A DNA stretch of 64,000 nt from Phycisphaerales bacterium (GTDB lineage: Bacteria; Planctomycetota; Phycisphaerae; Phycisphaerales; UBA1924), in the NCBI GenBank assembly GCA_016741915.1, contig JACVCS010000005.1:1385-65384 (forward strand), read 5' to 3'. Both the position numbers and the translations under genes were made by a program. Shown here piece after piece: positions 1-9,532 of the stretch (positions are counted from its first letter, which is position 1; each line of letters starts with the position of its first letter). The notes under the pieces were generated by a model, which saw only the letters and a program-made list of their open reading frames with translations, had not been told where the DNA came from and ran no database searches.

Positions 1-114
1 GAGGAGATCGCCTTGCCGATGAGCTCGGGCGGTGGCGGCTGCGTGCCTTCGGGCGGTGCAACGCCCTCGGCGGGCCGGCGTGTGCGGTTGAATGAGTTAC
101 GGCCGCGGTTCATG
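1..114 (-). CDS. hypothetical protein, N-terminal part only (runs off left edge)
   Basis: ATG (revcomp of 112-114) lies 54 nt downstream of the TPR gene stop. The frame stays open to position 1 (MNRGRNSFNRTRRPAEGVAPPEGTQPPPPELIGKAIS...). No family recognised. Confidence 0.3.
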
Positions 115-167
115 AGCGTGAGCGTACCACGCCACGGCCCGGCGCTGCGGAAAGTTTGAAACGGGCT

Positions 168-488
168 TCAGCGGGCCTCGGCGAGGTCGACCTGCAGCGT
201 CGAAAGCTCGCCCAAAGCCTTGTGGTCACTGGCGCGGTGGGCCGCCTGGATCCCCGCCTGGACCGTCGCGCGGGCCCGATCAAGCTGCCCGGCGTGCTTT
301 TGCGCAACCGCCATGTGGTAGTACGCGTAGCAGTAGCTCGCGTCGGCCTCGATGCAGCGCTGGTAATACTCCACCGCGGCGGCGTAGTCACCCTGCTTGA
401 AGCACTCCTGCGCCATCGCATAGAGCACGAAGGTGTCCTTGGGGTCCATCGCCAGGAGCTTCTTCAACTTCTCAAGTCGCTCGGACAT
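168..488 (-). CDS. small TPR-repeat protein
   Basis: ORF 168..629 trimmed to the internal ATG at 486-488 (MSERLEKLKKLLAMDPKDTFVLYAMAQECFKQGDYAAAVEYYQRCIEADASYCYAYYHMAVAQKHAGQLDRA). It shows the typical 34-residue TPR pattern (W/Y-A-x-A...G-x-Y-x-x-A). The upstream ORF extension is Pro/Ser/Thr junk. Confidence 0.7.
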   Translation of the reverse strand: MSERLEKLKKLLAMDPKDTFVLYAMAQECFKQGDYAAAVEYYQRCIEADASYCYAYYHMAVAQKHAGQLDRARATVQAGIQAAHRASDHKALGELSTLQVDLAEAR

Positions 489-722
489 GACACAATGGTA
501 CATGCGATGGGCGGATCCGGGCGAGTGGAAAGCAATCACGATCGGGCGAGAAGGTGATGAAGTGGTGGGATGACATGCGGGCGCCGTGACGACCGCGATG
601 CCGGCAGTCTGGCGAGCCAATCGCGCCACGCCTCAGCCGACGTCGGCGTATCCTGAGAATCGAACGGGCCGCCCGCACCCGTCGTTCACCACCTTGGCGC
701 GGGCCTGAATCAGGAGCATCGC

Positions 723-1592
723 ATGTCGCACGGCGTGAAGGTTCTGGGTGTCTTGGGCGCGGGTCAGATGGGCGGCGGGATCGCACAGATCGCCGCCACC
801 AGCGGGATCCAGGTCAAGGTCTTCGACGCCTTCCCCGGCGCGATCGAAAAGTGTAAGGGCGTGCACAAGAAGAGCCTCGGCAAGTTCGTCGAGAAGGGCA
901 AGCTCGCGCAGAGCGACATGGACGCGGCCGTCGCCCGCATCAGCTTCACCGACAAGCTCGAAGGCCTGACGGGCTGCGACTGGATCGTCGAAGCGGTGGT
1001 GGAGGACGTGAAGGTGAAGAAGGACCTCTTCACCAAGCTCGCGGCGATGTACCCCGATCCGAACGTCGTCCTCGCCAGCAACACCAGCAGCATCAGCATC
1101 ACCGACATCGCCACCGCCTGCGGCAGCACCAGCGGGCGCGTTGTGGGGATGCACTTCTTTAATCCGGTGCCGCTGATGCAGTTGGTCGAGGTGATCCCGG
1201 CGATCCAGACCCTGCCCGCGGTGGTGGAGCGGACGGTGGCGCTGGCGAGCGCGATGGGCAAGACGCCGTTGAAGGCCAACGACCGCGCGGGGTTCATCAG
1301 CAACCGCGTGCTGATGCCGATGATCAACGAGGCGTTCTACGCGTGGATGGAGGGCGTCGCCGAGCCGCAGGCGATCGACGGGATCATGAAGTTGGGGTGC
1401 AACTTCCCGATGGGCCCGCTGACGCTGGCGGACTTCATCGGGCTGGACACCTGCGTGAACATCATGAACGTGCTGGCGGAAGGGCTGAACAACGACCGCT
1501 ACCGCGCCTGCCCGCTGCTGAAGCAGTTGGTCACGGCGGGGCGGATGGGCGTGAAGAGCGGCCGCGGGGTGTATGAGTATCCGGCGAAGTAG
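723..1592 (+). CDS. 3-hydroxyacyl-CoA / 3-hydroxybutyryl-CoA dehydrogenase (NAD-binding)
   Basis: 289 aa. N-terminal Rossmann motif VLGVLGAGQMGGGIAQ, followed by EAVVEDVKVKKDLF, SNTSSISIT, GMHFFNPVPLMQLVEVI and a C-terminal dimerisation domain (GPLTLADFIGLD). These are hallmarks of the Hbd/PaaH/FadB family. Confidence 0.9.
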   Translation: MSHGVKVLGVLGAGQMGGGIAQIAATSGIQVKVFDAFPGAIEKCKGVHKKSLGKFVEKGKLAQSDMDAAVARISFTDKLEGLTGCDWIVEAVVEDVKVKKDLFTKLAAMYPDPNVVLASNTSSISITDIATACGSTSGRVVGMHFFNPVPLMQLVEVIPAIQTLPAVVERTVALASAMGKTPLKANDRAGFISNRVLMPMINEAFYAWMEGVAEPQAIDGIMKLGCNFPMGPLTLADFIGLDTCVNIMNVLAEGLNNDRYRACPLLKQLVTAGRMGVKSGRGVYEYPAK

Positions 1593-1744
1593 GTTCCCCT
1601 CAGACCAACCCGACTCGGTCGGGATGCCTCACGACCTGCGGCACATGTATACACCGCAATGCACCGCGGGGGAATGTCGCACACATCCGGCTCGGCGGTG
1701 TCATGTGTAAACGTGCCCCCCTGCATTGACGGAGAACATGCTCC

Positions 1745-3763
1745 ATGCGTCTACCCGGCAGAAAGATCTGGCGTGCGTTCCCCGAGCTTGACGCCTTCGA
1801 CGACGCACGGGCGGCTCAGTACGTGCGTGCCGCCAGCAGGGCCTTCTGGCTCGTAAAGCTCCTGCGTGGAGCCGCGATGTTCCTCGGCGGCTTGGCTTGC
1901 TTCACGGCCATGGGTCTCGCCGGCGGCATGGTCATGAACACGATGGAAAGGTTCATCAAAGAGCCGATTCTGACACTGCTCGTGGGGCTGACGGCGGTCG
2001 TCGTCGGCGTGGTCAGCATGACCCTGCTCATGATCGTCCGCGATTTCTTCATGCGAAGGCGCGTCCGCAAGGTGATTGCATCGCGTGGCTCGTGCGTCAA
2101 GTGCGGTTACGTGCTCGTCGGGCTTCGCGTTCCCGACGATCTGAACCTCCGCTGCCCCGAATGCGGCACACTGACTGTGCTGAACCTCGAGCGCGACGAA
2201 ACGGCGCTCGACGCCGAGGGTGTGCACCGGCGATTCCTCAGTCGCTACGAGGGCGCAATGCCCGTGAAGTTCTGGACGCCGGGACGAAGACGGGCGGCGA
2301 CGATCACGGCCGTGATCTCGGTTGTTGGGCCGATTGTGCTCGCGCTCGGTTGGTGGGGGATCAACGAGTACCGCCAAGCACGCGATGCAGCACGAGCGAA
2401 GGCGTTGCTTGAGAGTACCTACTCATTCCAGCGTTACTACGACAGCCTTCTGTCGGAAAGTGAACGCGGCAAGACCAGCGAAAGCGCATTCGTCAAGTTG
2501 GACGAACTTTCAGACCTCATCACGAAGCGTGAGCGAATCATCGTTGAAGAGGCGCAGAGCGAGCCGGGTGTTGGGAGCGAAGCGTGGCCCGAGTACACGT
2601 TGCTCTGGGACGAATCGCAGTTCGATCCCGATACAAAGCTGAATGAAGACGATCAACTGCAACAGGTGAATCGACTGCGGCTTTCCGCCGGGAATGCCAA
2701 ACGGGTTGTCGACGCGATCCTGTACTCGACCGAGACGGATCAACTGGCAAACGAGCTGATCAACTCAACGAACTTCGCAGTTGACGCGTCGATGCCGACG
2801 GTTCCCTCGATGGATCTGCGGGGCATGAACATCAGCAGTGCACGCATGGTTTGTCGCTTCGCCGCAGGGGCGATGCGAACGGCCATCATTCGCGGCGATC
2901 GCGCACGGTTCATGCTGTGGTTGCGTGTGGCAGTCCGATGTGCCGAACTTTGCGACAGGTTCCCAACGCTTCTGACGTGGTTGAGCGCTTCGGCGTGCGA
3001 TGCCCAACTCAACGAGTTCATGCTCAAGGCCGGGATTTACGCCGCACCGAAAGAGTGGTTCGACGAGATCGCGCAGATTCTGGCCAGCGGCACAATGAAC
3101 CGCATGACCGACCGCGAGATGTTTCAGGGGGAGAGGATCTGGAGCGGCGAGGTGCTCTGCGGGTACTTCTCTCAACCGAAAGAGATCGCGTCGTTGATGC
3201 AAAGCAGCTCCTCATGGGGAATGCGTACCCCATTGCGCATGGGCTCGTTGGAAGAGAACCTGGCCTATCGGGACATGCTGGAATCTTGGTATCTGCAGTA
3301 CCTCACCGACGATCGATGGGACGTCACCAAACCGCAGACTCCGCTTCCGCCAACCGATCTCGTCTTCGGCCAGGGCTCCGCGAACATGGTGCCGAGGTTT
3401 GCTGCTGCGAAAGTCTGGGGGCGACTCAATCGCGATGTTGTACTGCTCGCTCTGGCGATCGAGCGCTACCGACGCGACGAAGGAAAGCTCCCTGTTTCGC
3501 TCGATGTCATCACGCCGAAGTACATCGACCGGCTGCCGCGTGATCCACTCACAGGCCGAGTCGCCTCGTACAAGCAACTGCCGAGCCAATCCGACAACGC
3601 ACAACCGGCGGAGTTTGTCATCTACCTGTGGGGCGACAATCAAGACGACCAAGGAAACTTCGACCTGTCAAAGCAGTTCCTCGGCCTCGAAGGCCTCAAC
3701 CTCACCCGATCCGGCTTCGATTACCGCCTATACCCCTACGTCACCCCGCTGTACATTCGATAG
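1745..3763 (+). CDS. paralogue 1 of 3: 3-TM membrane protein with cytoplasmic CxxC...CPxC zinc ribbon and large periplasmic domain ending in a GspG-like motif
   Basis: 672 aa. Conserved N-terminus MRLPGRKIWRAFPELDAFDD. Two TM helices, then RDFFMRRRVRKVI and CVKCGYVLVGLRVPDDLNLRCPECG (nt ~2093-2167). A third TM follows (ITAVISVVGPIVLALGWWGI). The ~465-aa C-terminal domain ends in LALAIERYRRDEGKLPVSLDVITPKYIDRLPRDPLTG...VIYLWGDNQDDQG. Confidence 0.8.
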   Translation: MRLPGRKIWRAFPELDAFDDARAAQYVRAASRAFWLVKLLRGAAMFLGGLACFTAMGLAGGMVMNTMERFIKEPILTLLVGLTAVVVGVVSMTLLMIVRDFFMRRRVRKVIASRGSCVKCGYVLVGLRVPDDLNLRCPECGTLTVLNLERDETALDAEGVHRRFLSRYEGAMPVKFWTPGRRRAATITAVISVVGPIVLALGWWGINEYRQARDAARAKALLESTYSFQRYYDSLLSESERGKTSESAFVKLDELSDLITKRERIIVEEAQSEPGVGSEAWPEYTLLWDESQFDPDTKLNEDDQLQQVNRLRLSAGNAKRVVDAILYSTETDQLANELINSTNFAVDASMPTVPSMDLRGMNISSARMVCRFAAGAMRTAIIRGDRARFMLWLRVAVRCAELCDRFPTLLTWLSASACDAQLNEFMLKAGIYAAPKEWFDEIAQILASGTMNRMTDREMFQGERIWSGEVLCGYFSQPKEIASLMQSSSSWGMRTPLRMGSLEENLAYRDMLESWYLQYLTDDRWDVTKPQTPLPPTDLVFGQGSANMVPRFAAAKVWGRLNRDVVLLALAIERYRRDEGKLPVSLDVITPKYIDRLPRDPLTGRVASYKQLPSQSDNAQPAEFVIYLWGDNQDDQGNFDLSKQFLGLEGLNLTRSGFDYRLYPYVTPLYIR

Positions 3764-3867
3764 ATCACACACAGACCAAGTGCATGCGTTGTTGTACAGA
3801 GAACTCGTTCAGGAGAATCACGCGTTGATGCCATCTCACAACGAATCGAGTTCGTAAACACCGAACC

Positions 3868-5886
3868 ATGCGTCTCCCCGGCACCAAAATCTGGCGAGCA
3901 TTCCCCGAGCTTGACCGCTTCAGCGATCAGCAGGGCAAAGCGTTCATCAAAGCCGCCACGAGCGCGTTCTGGCCCGTCCATCTGCTCCGCGGGGTGCTCT
4001 ACCTGGCACTCTCCGCGATTGCCACAGCCCTGGTCCTCGTCTCGGCGATGCTCACCGAATCGCTCATGAACGGCTCGTGGATCCCGTTTTCGGTTCGAAA
4101 CGTCATCACGATCTTCGTCGCGGTCTGCGTTGCGATTCCCGCATTCTCGCTGGGCTTCATCGTCCGCGATCTGCTCTTGCGGCGACGCGTCCGCACCGTC
4201 ATCCAAAGCCAGGGCGTGTGCAAGCATTGCGGCTACCTGCTGCTGGGCATGCGCGTGCCGAGCGATCTGAAACTCACGTGCCCCGAGTGCGGCGACGTCA
4301 CGACCGTCAACCCGGCCCTCGACACGCTCGCCCCTGATCCGGCCAGCGGCGAAGCACGATTTCAAGGCCGAAACGAACCCATCCTGCCGAGCTTTTTCTG
4401 GACCCGCTCGCGCCGACGCGTGTTCAACGTGCTCGCCCTCATCACCCTGCTCGGCCCACCCACCGGCTACGGCGTGTGGTGGCTCTATCGTGAGATCGAC
4501 CTGCGCATACAAGCCTCCCACGCGAAAGAGTTGCTCGCGACCACTGCGAACTTCCGTGCCTATTACCGCAGTATTGTCACGAAGTACGATCCCACGGCGC
4601 TCACGGGCGAAAGTGCGTACGACCGGGCCCAGAAGATATACGACCTGCTGAAGATCGCCGAGATGGTGGCGGTGTTGGAGGCTCCGGAGCAGCCGGGGCC
4701 CGAGCGTAAAGAGCGGTACATCGTCATGCATTTCATCTCGAACCCGCAAGACATGCCTCAATCGCTCTCACCCGAAGACCAACTCAGTCAGGATCTGTGT
4801 GTACGTGATACTGAACGCGTCATCGAGTTGCTCGATCTGAGCGAGATTCAGAGTTTGGCCCGGTCGTTCTCGACGATGAAAGGACGGCAACAGCCCTTTG
4901 ATGATCTTGACAGCGACGATTTCTTTGAGCCGTTTTACGGAAGCCGGAAGCAATCCAGTTCTGATCTTGGCGTGCTTCGACAGCTTGCCCACTTCGCTGC
5001 CGCGAAGATGCGTTTGGCCGCTGACCGCAGCGACCGCGAATCGTTTTGTACATGGCTCATTTTCGGTCTTCAGAACGCTCGGTTGAGCTGCGAACAACGA
5101 ACATTGTTTTCGAGCTCTGTCGGTGTGGCGATAGAACGGATGATGTTTGTTCAGATCAGCAGGGCACTCGGACGCGGTATGCCCAAACAGTGGCTTGGCG
5201 ACATTGCCGATATTCTTCGACGTTACGACGAGAACACCGTCTCGTTGACAGAAGTGTGCGAGGGTGAGCGTGTGCTCTCGCACGAAATGGTGTGCTTGTT
5301 CTGGTCTGATCCCCGAAACATAAAGGAGTACCCCTCGTTCAGATTGCGGAGTGCACTTTGGGGCGTGTCGGGTGAACGTTGCGGCCGCCTCACCGAGAAT
5401 CTCCGCGAGATCGACGATTACCACCGCTGGTTGCAGTCGGTCATCAACGAACGAGGCTTTCAGCGACCCTATCCGCCTTTCATCGAGTCCGGCGCAAATC
5501 TGCTCTTTGTGAATATGAGCATTGAGTCTTTCGAGTACCGCCTGCAGAACATCGAGTTCGAACTCTTCGACCGCCGTATCGTCCAGATCGCCATCGCTAT
5601 CGAACGCTTCCGCGCTCAGCACGGCCAACTGCCCGACACGCTCGAACAACTCGTCCCGGCTTTCATCAACGAGATCCCGAACGATCCGCTCAATCCTCGT
5701 CCGATCTCCTACGCGAAGGCCGACGCAAAGATCTCGCCCTGCGGCTTCGTCCTCTATCTCTGGGGTGACAATCAGGACAACCAAGGCACCCCCAACACCG
5801 GCGGCCAGACCCGTGGCCTCCGCGGCTTCACCAACCTCGCCCCCGGCACCGACTACATCCTATTTCCCGACCTCAACACACAGTAA
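3868..5886 (+). CDS. paralogue 2 of 3: 3-TM Zn-ribbon membrane protein
   Basis: 672 aa. MRLPGTKIWRAFPELDRFSD, VRDLLLRRRVRTVI, CKHCGYLLLGMRVPSDLKLTCPECG (nt ~4219-4293). C-terminus IAIAIERFRAQHGQLPDTLEQLVPAFINEIPNDPLNPRPISY...VLYLWGDNQDNQG. Same architecture as 1745..3763. Confidence 0.8.
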   Translation: MRLPGTKIWRAFPELDRFSDQQGKAFIKAATSAFWPVHLLRGVLYLALSAIATALVLVSAMLTESLMNGSWIPFSVRNVITIFVAVCVAIPAFSLGFIVRDLLLRRRVRTVIQSQGVCKHCGYLLLGMRVPSDLKLTCPECGDVTTVNPALDTLAPDPASGEARFQGRNEPILPSFFWTRSRRRVFNVLALITLLGPPTGYGVWWLYREIDLRIQASHAKELLATTANFRAYYRSIVTKYDPTALTGESAYDRAQKIYDLLKIAEMVAVLEAPEQPGPERKERYIVMHFISNPQDMPQSLSPEDQLSQDLCVRDTERVIELLDLSEIQSLARSFSTMKGRQQPFDDLDSDDFFEPFYGSRKQSSSDLGVLRQLAHFAAAKMRLAADRSDRESFCTWLIFGLQNARLSCEQRTLFSSSVGVAIERMMFVQISRALGRGMPKQWLGDIADILRRYDENTVSLTEVCEGERVLSHEMVCLFWSDPRNIKEYPSFRLRSALWGVSGERCGRLTENLREIDDYHRWLQSVINERGFQRPYPPFIESGANLLFVNMSIESFEYRLQNIEFELFDRRIVQIAIAIERFRAQHGQLPDTLEQLVPAFINEIPNDPLNPRPISYAKADAKISPCGFVLYLWGDNQDNQGTPNTGGQTRGLRGFTNLAPGTDYILFPDLNTQ

Positions 5887-6028
5887 GGCTGCGTGCCTAC
5901 GAATCACATCACGTGTAATGGCAATACCAGATCACGCACGCCCGGTTGTCACCTCGCAGCGCGAAAAGTAAAGCACCACTCGAACAACCGCATCCACTTC
6001 GATGCTTCGTCGGTAGACTCTCGACCGC

Positions 6029-8005
6029 ATGCGTATCCCCTTCACCAAAGTCTGGCGTGCTTTCCCCGAGCTCGACCGATTCGACGACGACCGCTGCAAG
6101 CGATTCGTCAAACGCGCCTCGCAGGCCTTCTGGCTTGTCAAGCTCTTCCGCTTTCTCATGCACCTTCTCGGCATCGCCATCGGTGGCGTCGTTGTCGGGT
6201 TCGTCCTTCAAGCGGCCTTCGTTCTCGCCGACGATTGGCGTCTCCGCTCGCCAAGCCGCGAGATCTTCGTCGCCGCCGCCGCGTCCGTCACCGGCCTGCT
6301 CGCCTTCGTCACGCTGCTCAGCGTCCGCAACCGCTTCCTCCGCAAACGCATCCGCACCATCATCAACCCCCGCGGCACCTGCCTCTCCTGCGGCTACTCC
6401 CTCCTGGGTCTCCCCGTCCCCGACTCCCTCAAACTCCCCTGCCCCGAATGCGGCTTCACCTGCGAAGTCGATCCCTCCCTCGGCGAACTCAGCAGCGACC
6501 CAGCAGGCCGGGCGACATTCACACCCCGGTCCGATCTGATCGCTCAGCGTGTGTTCTGGACGCCCAAGCGGCGGCGTGTGGCAACCTGGTCGGCCGTGGC
6601 GCTGGTCGTGCTCACCGGCGCGGGCGTTGGACTTTCGCTCTGGATCAAGGAACGACGGATCAACGCGGATATCGCGCAGGCGCGGGCGGACTTGCCCATT
6701 CGACCTAGCCTGCAAGACATTTACAACCGAAGTCTGCCCGCCGACCGCCAGGTCGGTGAGACTCGCATGATTGATCAGCTTGTCGCGATGTCGAAGCTGA
6801 TCGCGGATGCCGAGGCCGCGGTACTGCAGTCTGAGACGCCGGTGAAGAACGACATAGGCAACAAGGTTGATGATTTCGGATACGACGCGTTGGATCCGGT
6901 CGAGAACGAGCGGAGCGTTCTCTTGTTGGATGAGTCGAGGCAGCAGGATGCTCGGAAGGAAGTGGGTTGGCGCGCGGAGAACGCCAACCGTGTCCTCGCG
7001 ATCTTGCAACGCACGCAGTTCAAGGTCATCGCGGCTTCGTGTGCAGCTGGGCTGAACTGGGCGGTTGAATATCCCGAGGATGAGACTGAGCGGCTTGGTT
7101 TCGGCCGACTTTCAAACGTAAGGACACAAGTCCTTTCGTGGATTGCCAACGCTAACCAGCGTCTCGCGTGGGAGCGCAACGAGGCGGAGGCTTTTCAGAT
7201 CTGGTGTCGATTCGTCAGAGAGTTGACGAAGTTTTCCGCTCAGAACCTCGGTACCTTGGATCGTCGTATCGCGTTCGCTGTCCCCGCTCATCAAATCACC
7301 CTGCACATGCGGATGCTCGAGAGCCATGTCGAAGCACCGTGGCTCGACATCATCGCGGAGTTCTGGCAACCGCTGGACAACCTCCAGGTCAGCGTGTTTA
7401 TCGAGGGGCAGCACACCGTGCTCCGCCACCACATCGCGAGCTTCTTCGCGAACAAGGAGAGGCTCAAGCAGGGTGTGTTCGGAAGCTCAAGACCCATCGG
7501 AACGTACACGCAGAATCTGACAACCGCCAAGCATCTCTATGAATCGGCTATCGCTGCCTCTCAAGTGCCAGCGTGGACCCGAAGTCCCCTAGACAGCAAA
7601 GCACAATCCGAAAGCTACGCGATCATCGCTCTTCACGCTCCAAGTATGCTGAATGAAGTGAAATCTTTCGAACTTCACGAGCAATCCCGCCAAACCATCC
7701 TCACCATGATCGCCCTCGAACGCCACCGTCTCGCCCACGGCCAGTACCCCGACCAACTCGCCGACCTGCCCAAAGACGCCCTCGCCAACCTCCCCGTCGA
7801 TCTCGCCACAGGCCTCCCCGCGGCTTACCGCCGAATCGACCCGAAGCTCGACCCGAAACACCGCGGCTACCTCCTCTACCTGCTCGGGCCCGATCGCGAG
7901 GACAACGCCGGCAACGACTACATGCCCGACACGTTCCTGTACGCGATCCCTAAGAACAGCATCCCAAAGGGCTCCGACATCGTGCTGAACGGCCGCCCGT
8001 GGTAG
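6029..8005 (+). CDS. paralogue 3 of 3: 3-TM Zn-ribbon membrane protein
   Basis: 658 aa. MRIPFTKVWRAFPELDRFDD, VRNRFLRKRIRTII, CLSCGYSLLGLPVPDSLKLPCPECG (nt ~6379-6454). C-terminus MIALERHRLAHGQYPDQLADLPKDALANLPVDLATGLPAAYRR...YLLYLLGPDREDNAG. Confidence 0.8.
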   Translation: MRIPFTKVWRAFPELDRFDDDRCKRFVKRASQAFWLVKLFRFLMHLLGIAIGGVVVGFVLQAAFVLADDWRLRSPSREIFVAAAASVTGLLAFVTLLSVRNRFLRKRIRTIINPRGTCLSCGYSLLGLPVPDSLKLPCPECGFTCEVDPSLGELSSDPAGRATFTPRSDLIAQRVFWTPKRRRVATWSAVALVVLTGAGVGLSLWIKERRINADIAQARADLPIRPSLQDIYNRSLPADRQVGETRMIDQLVAMSKLIADAEAAVLQSETPVKNDIGNKVDDFGYDALDPVENERSVLLLDESRQQDARKEVGWRAENANRVLAILQRTQFKVIAASCAAGLNWAVEYPEDETERLGFGRLSNVRTQVLSWIANANQRLAWERNEAEAFQIWCRFVRELTKFSAQNLGTLDRRIAFAVPAHQITLHMRMLESHVEAPWLDIIAEFWQPLDNLQVSVFIEGQHTVLRHHIASFFANKERLKQGVFGSSRPIGTYTQNLTTAKHLYESAIAASQVPAWTRSPLDSKAQSESYAIIALHAPSMLNEVKSFELHEQSRQTILTMIALERHRLAHGQYPDQLADLPKDALANLPVDLATGLPAAYRRIDPKLDPKHRGYLLYLLGPDREDNAGNDYMPDTFLYAIPKNSIPKGSDIVLNGRPW

Positions 8006-8041
8006 TCAAAAAACCAGCCAGAAAAGCCACAAAAATCACCC

Positions 8042-8070
8042 TTGCCCACCCGATCGGCTTCTGGTAGAAT
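8042..8070 (+). promoter_or_regulatory. candidate sigma70-type promoter for the RRM RNA-binding protein gene
   Basis: TTGCCC (8042-8047), a 17-nt spacer, then TAGAAT (8065-8070) with TGg immediately upstream of the -10. It sits in the 215-nt intergenic region and implies a leader of about 145 nt before GTG 8221. Confidence 0.4.
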
Positions 8071-8220
8071 TTCGATGCGAGAAGTCTCTCGCGGGCCGGG
8101 CTGTTGATTTCTTGACGAGCGTTCGCCAAAGCCCCGGCCACCCTCCGCGCAGCCATGCAGCCCGAGGTGGCTGTCGTCGGAGTCACGCATTTTCACGCTG
8201 ATTCGGGCGAGGGTTTGATC

Positions 8221-8631
8221 GTGAACATTTACGTCGGCAATCTCCCCTTCAGCACCACCGAACAGGATCTCCAGCAAGTCTTCGGCCAGCACGGCACCGT
8301 CTCCGGCGCGTCGATCATCATCGACCGCGAGACCGGACGCAGCCGCGGCTTCGGCTTCGTCGAAATGCCCAACGACGAAGAGGCCCGTAAGGCCATCGAC
8401 GCACTCAACCAAGCCGACATGGGCGGCCGCGCCCTCGTCGTCAACGAAGCCCGTCCCAAGGAGCCCCGCTCCGGTGGCGGTGGTGGCTTCGGCGGCGGCG
8501 GTGGTGGTCGCGGTGGCTTCGGTGGTGGTGGTGGCGGTCGCGGTGGCTTCGGTGGCGGCCGTGGCGGCGGCGGCGGTCGCGGTGGCGATCGTGGGTACGA
8601 CCGCGGCGGCGATCGCGGCGGCAGCTGGTAA
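8221..8631 (+). CDS. RRM-type RNA-binding protein with Gly/Arg-rich (RGG) tail
   Basis: The ORF was trimmed to GTG 8221, which gives the canonical N-terminus (M)NIYVGNLPF (RNP2). RNP1 is RGFGFVEM. The tail GGGGGFGGGGGGRGGFGGGGGGRGGFGGGRGGGGGRGGDRGYDRGGDRGG is encoded by GGY-rich tandem DNA at ~8465-8625. Confidence 0.85.
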   Translation: MNIYVGNLPFSTTEQDLQQVFGQHGTVSGASIIIDRETGRSRGFGFVEMPNDEEARKAIDALNQADMGGRALVVNEARPKEPRSGGGGGFGGGGGGRGGFGGGGGGRGGFGGGRGGGGGRGGDRGYDRGGDRGGSW

Positions 8632-8797
8632 TCACCCGCCCCGCACGCACGGTCTTCAACCGATCCGAAATCTCAACCACGGCCCTCGGGTTCTCCCCCG
8701 GGGGCCGTGTGCTTTTCAGCGCAGCCCTCCCGCGCCCCACAGTCGCTCTCCACGCATTCGCCATCCACGCCGCGCCCGAATCGCGTACGCTGCGGGC

Positions 8798-9523
8798 ATG
8801 TTCAAGATCGTCCGAACCGACTTCTCGTGTGCCGTCGAACTCGCGCCGGGTCAGCTCATGCCCATCCGCCAGGTCTTCGGCATCGGTCAGAACTACGCCC
8901 GTCACGCGAAGGAAATGGGCTCAACCCCGCCCGAGCGCCCCGTGGTCTTCGCAAAGAACGTCTGCAGCGTGATCCCCTCGGGCGAAGCGATCCGCGTGCC
9001 GACGATCTGTGAGGACCGCGAGCAGGTCGATTACGAGGGCGAGCTGGCCATCGTCATCGGCCCGCGCCCGGTGCGTGACATCCCGAAAGAACGTGCCCTT
9101 GACGCGGTGCTGGGCTTCGCCGCCGCCAACGACGTCTCCGCACGCTGGTGGCAGAAGACCGGCTCGGGCGGTCAGTTCTGCCGCGGCAAAGGCTTCGACA
9201 CCTTCTGCCCGCTCTCCGATGTCACCCCGACCGCCGACGTCGGCGACCCGTCAAAGCTCATCCTCCGCACCCGCCTCAACGGGCTGCTCATGCAGGAATC
9301 CGAAACCAGCGACATGATCTTCGACGTCCCCATGCTCGTCAGCGAACTCAGCCGCGGCACCACCCTCGCCCCGGGCACCATCATCCTCACGGGCACACCC
9401 AGCGGTGTCGGCACCGCCCGCACGCCTGCGATCTACCTCAAGCACGGCGACATCGTCGAAGTCGAAATCACCCGCCTGAGCACCCTCCGCAGCCCCGTGG
9501 TCTTTGAATCGCACGCCACCTGA
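8798..9523 (+). CDS. fumarylacetoacetate hydrolase (FAH) family protein
   Basis: ORF 8474..9523 was trimmed to ATG 8798, because the upstream part is the out-of-frame shadow of the Gly-rich tail. Motifs: FGIGQNYARHAKEMG, VVFAKN, DYEGELAIVIG, the FAH-type metal-ligand context (E-x-E...D), and TGTPSGVG near the C-terminus. Confidence 0.85.
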   Translation: MFKIVRTDFSCAVELAPGQLMPIRQVFGIGQNYARHAKEMGSTPPERPVVFAKNVCSVIPSGEAIRVPTICEDREQVDYEGELAIVIGPRPVRDIPKERALDAVLGFAAANDVSARWWQKTGSGGQFCRGKGFDTFCPLSDVTPTADVGDPSKLILRTRLNGLLMQESETSDMIFDVPMLVSELSRGTTLAPGTIILTGTPSGVGTARTPAIYLKHGDIVEVEITRLSTLRSPVVFESHAT

Positions 9524-9532
9524 GCCCAACGG

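Noticed and set aside
8441-8905. ORFs overlapping the Gly-rich tail of the RRM protein (minus 8441-8905, and the plus-strand 5' extension of 8474-9523)
   Set aside because: These are translations of the GGY-repeat DNA in other frames (poly-His/Arg or poly-Ala/Val). The FAH gene has a clean ATG at 8798.
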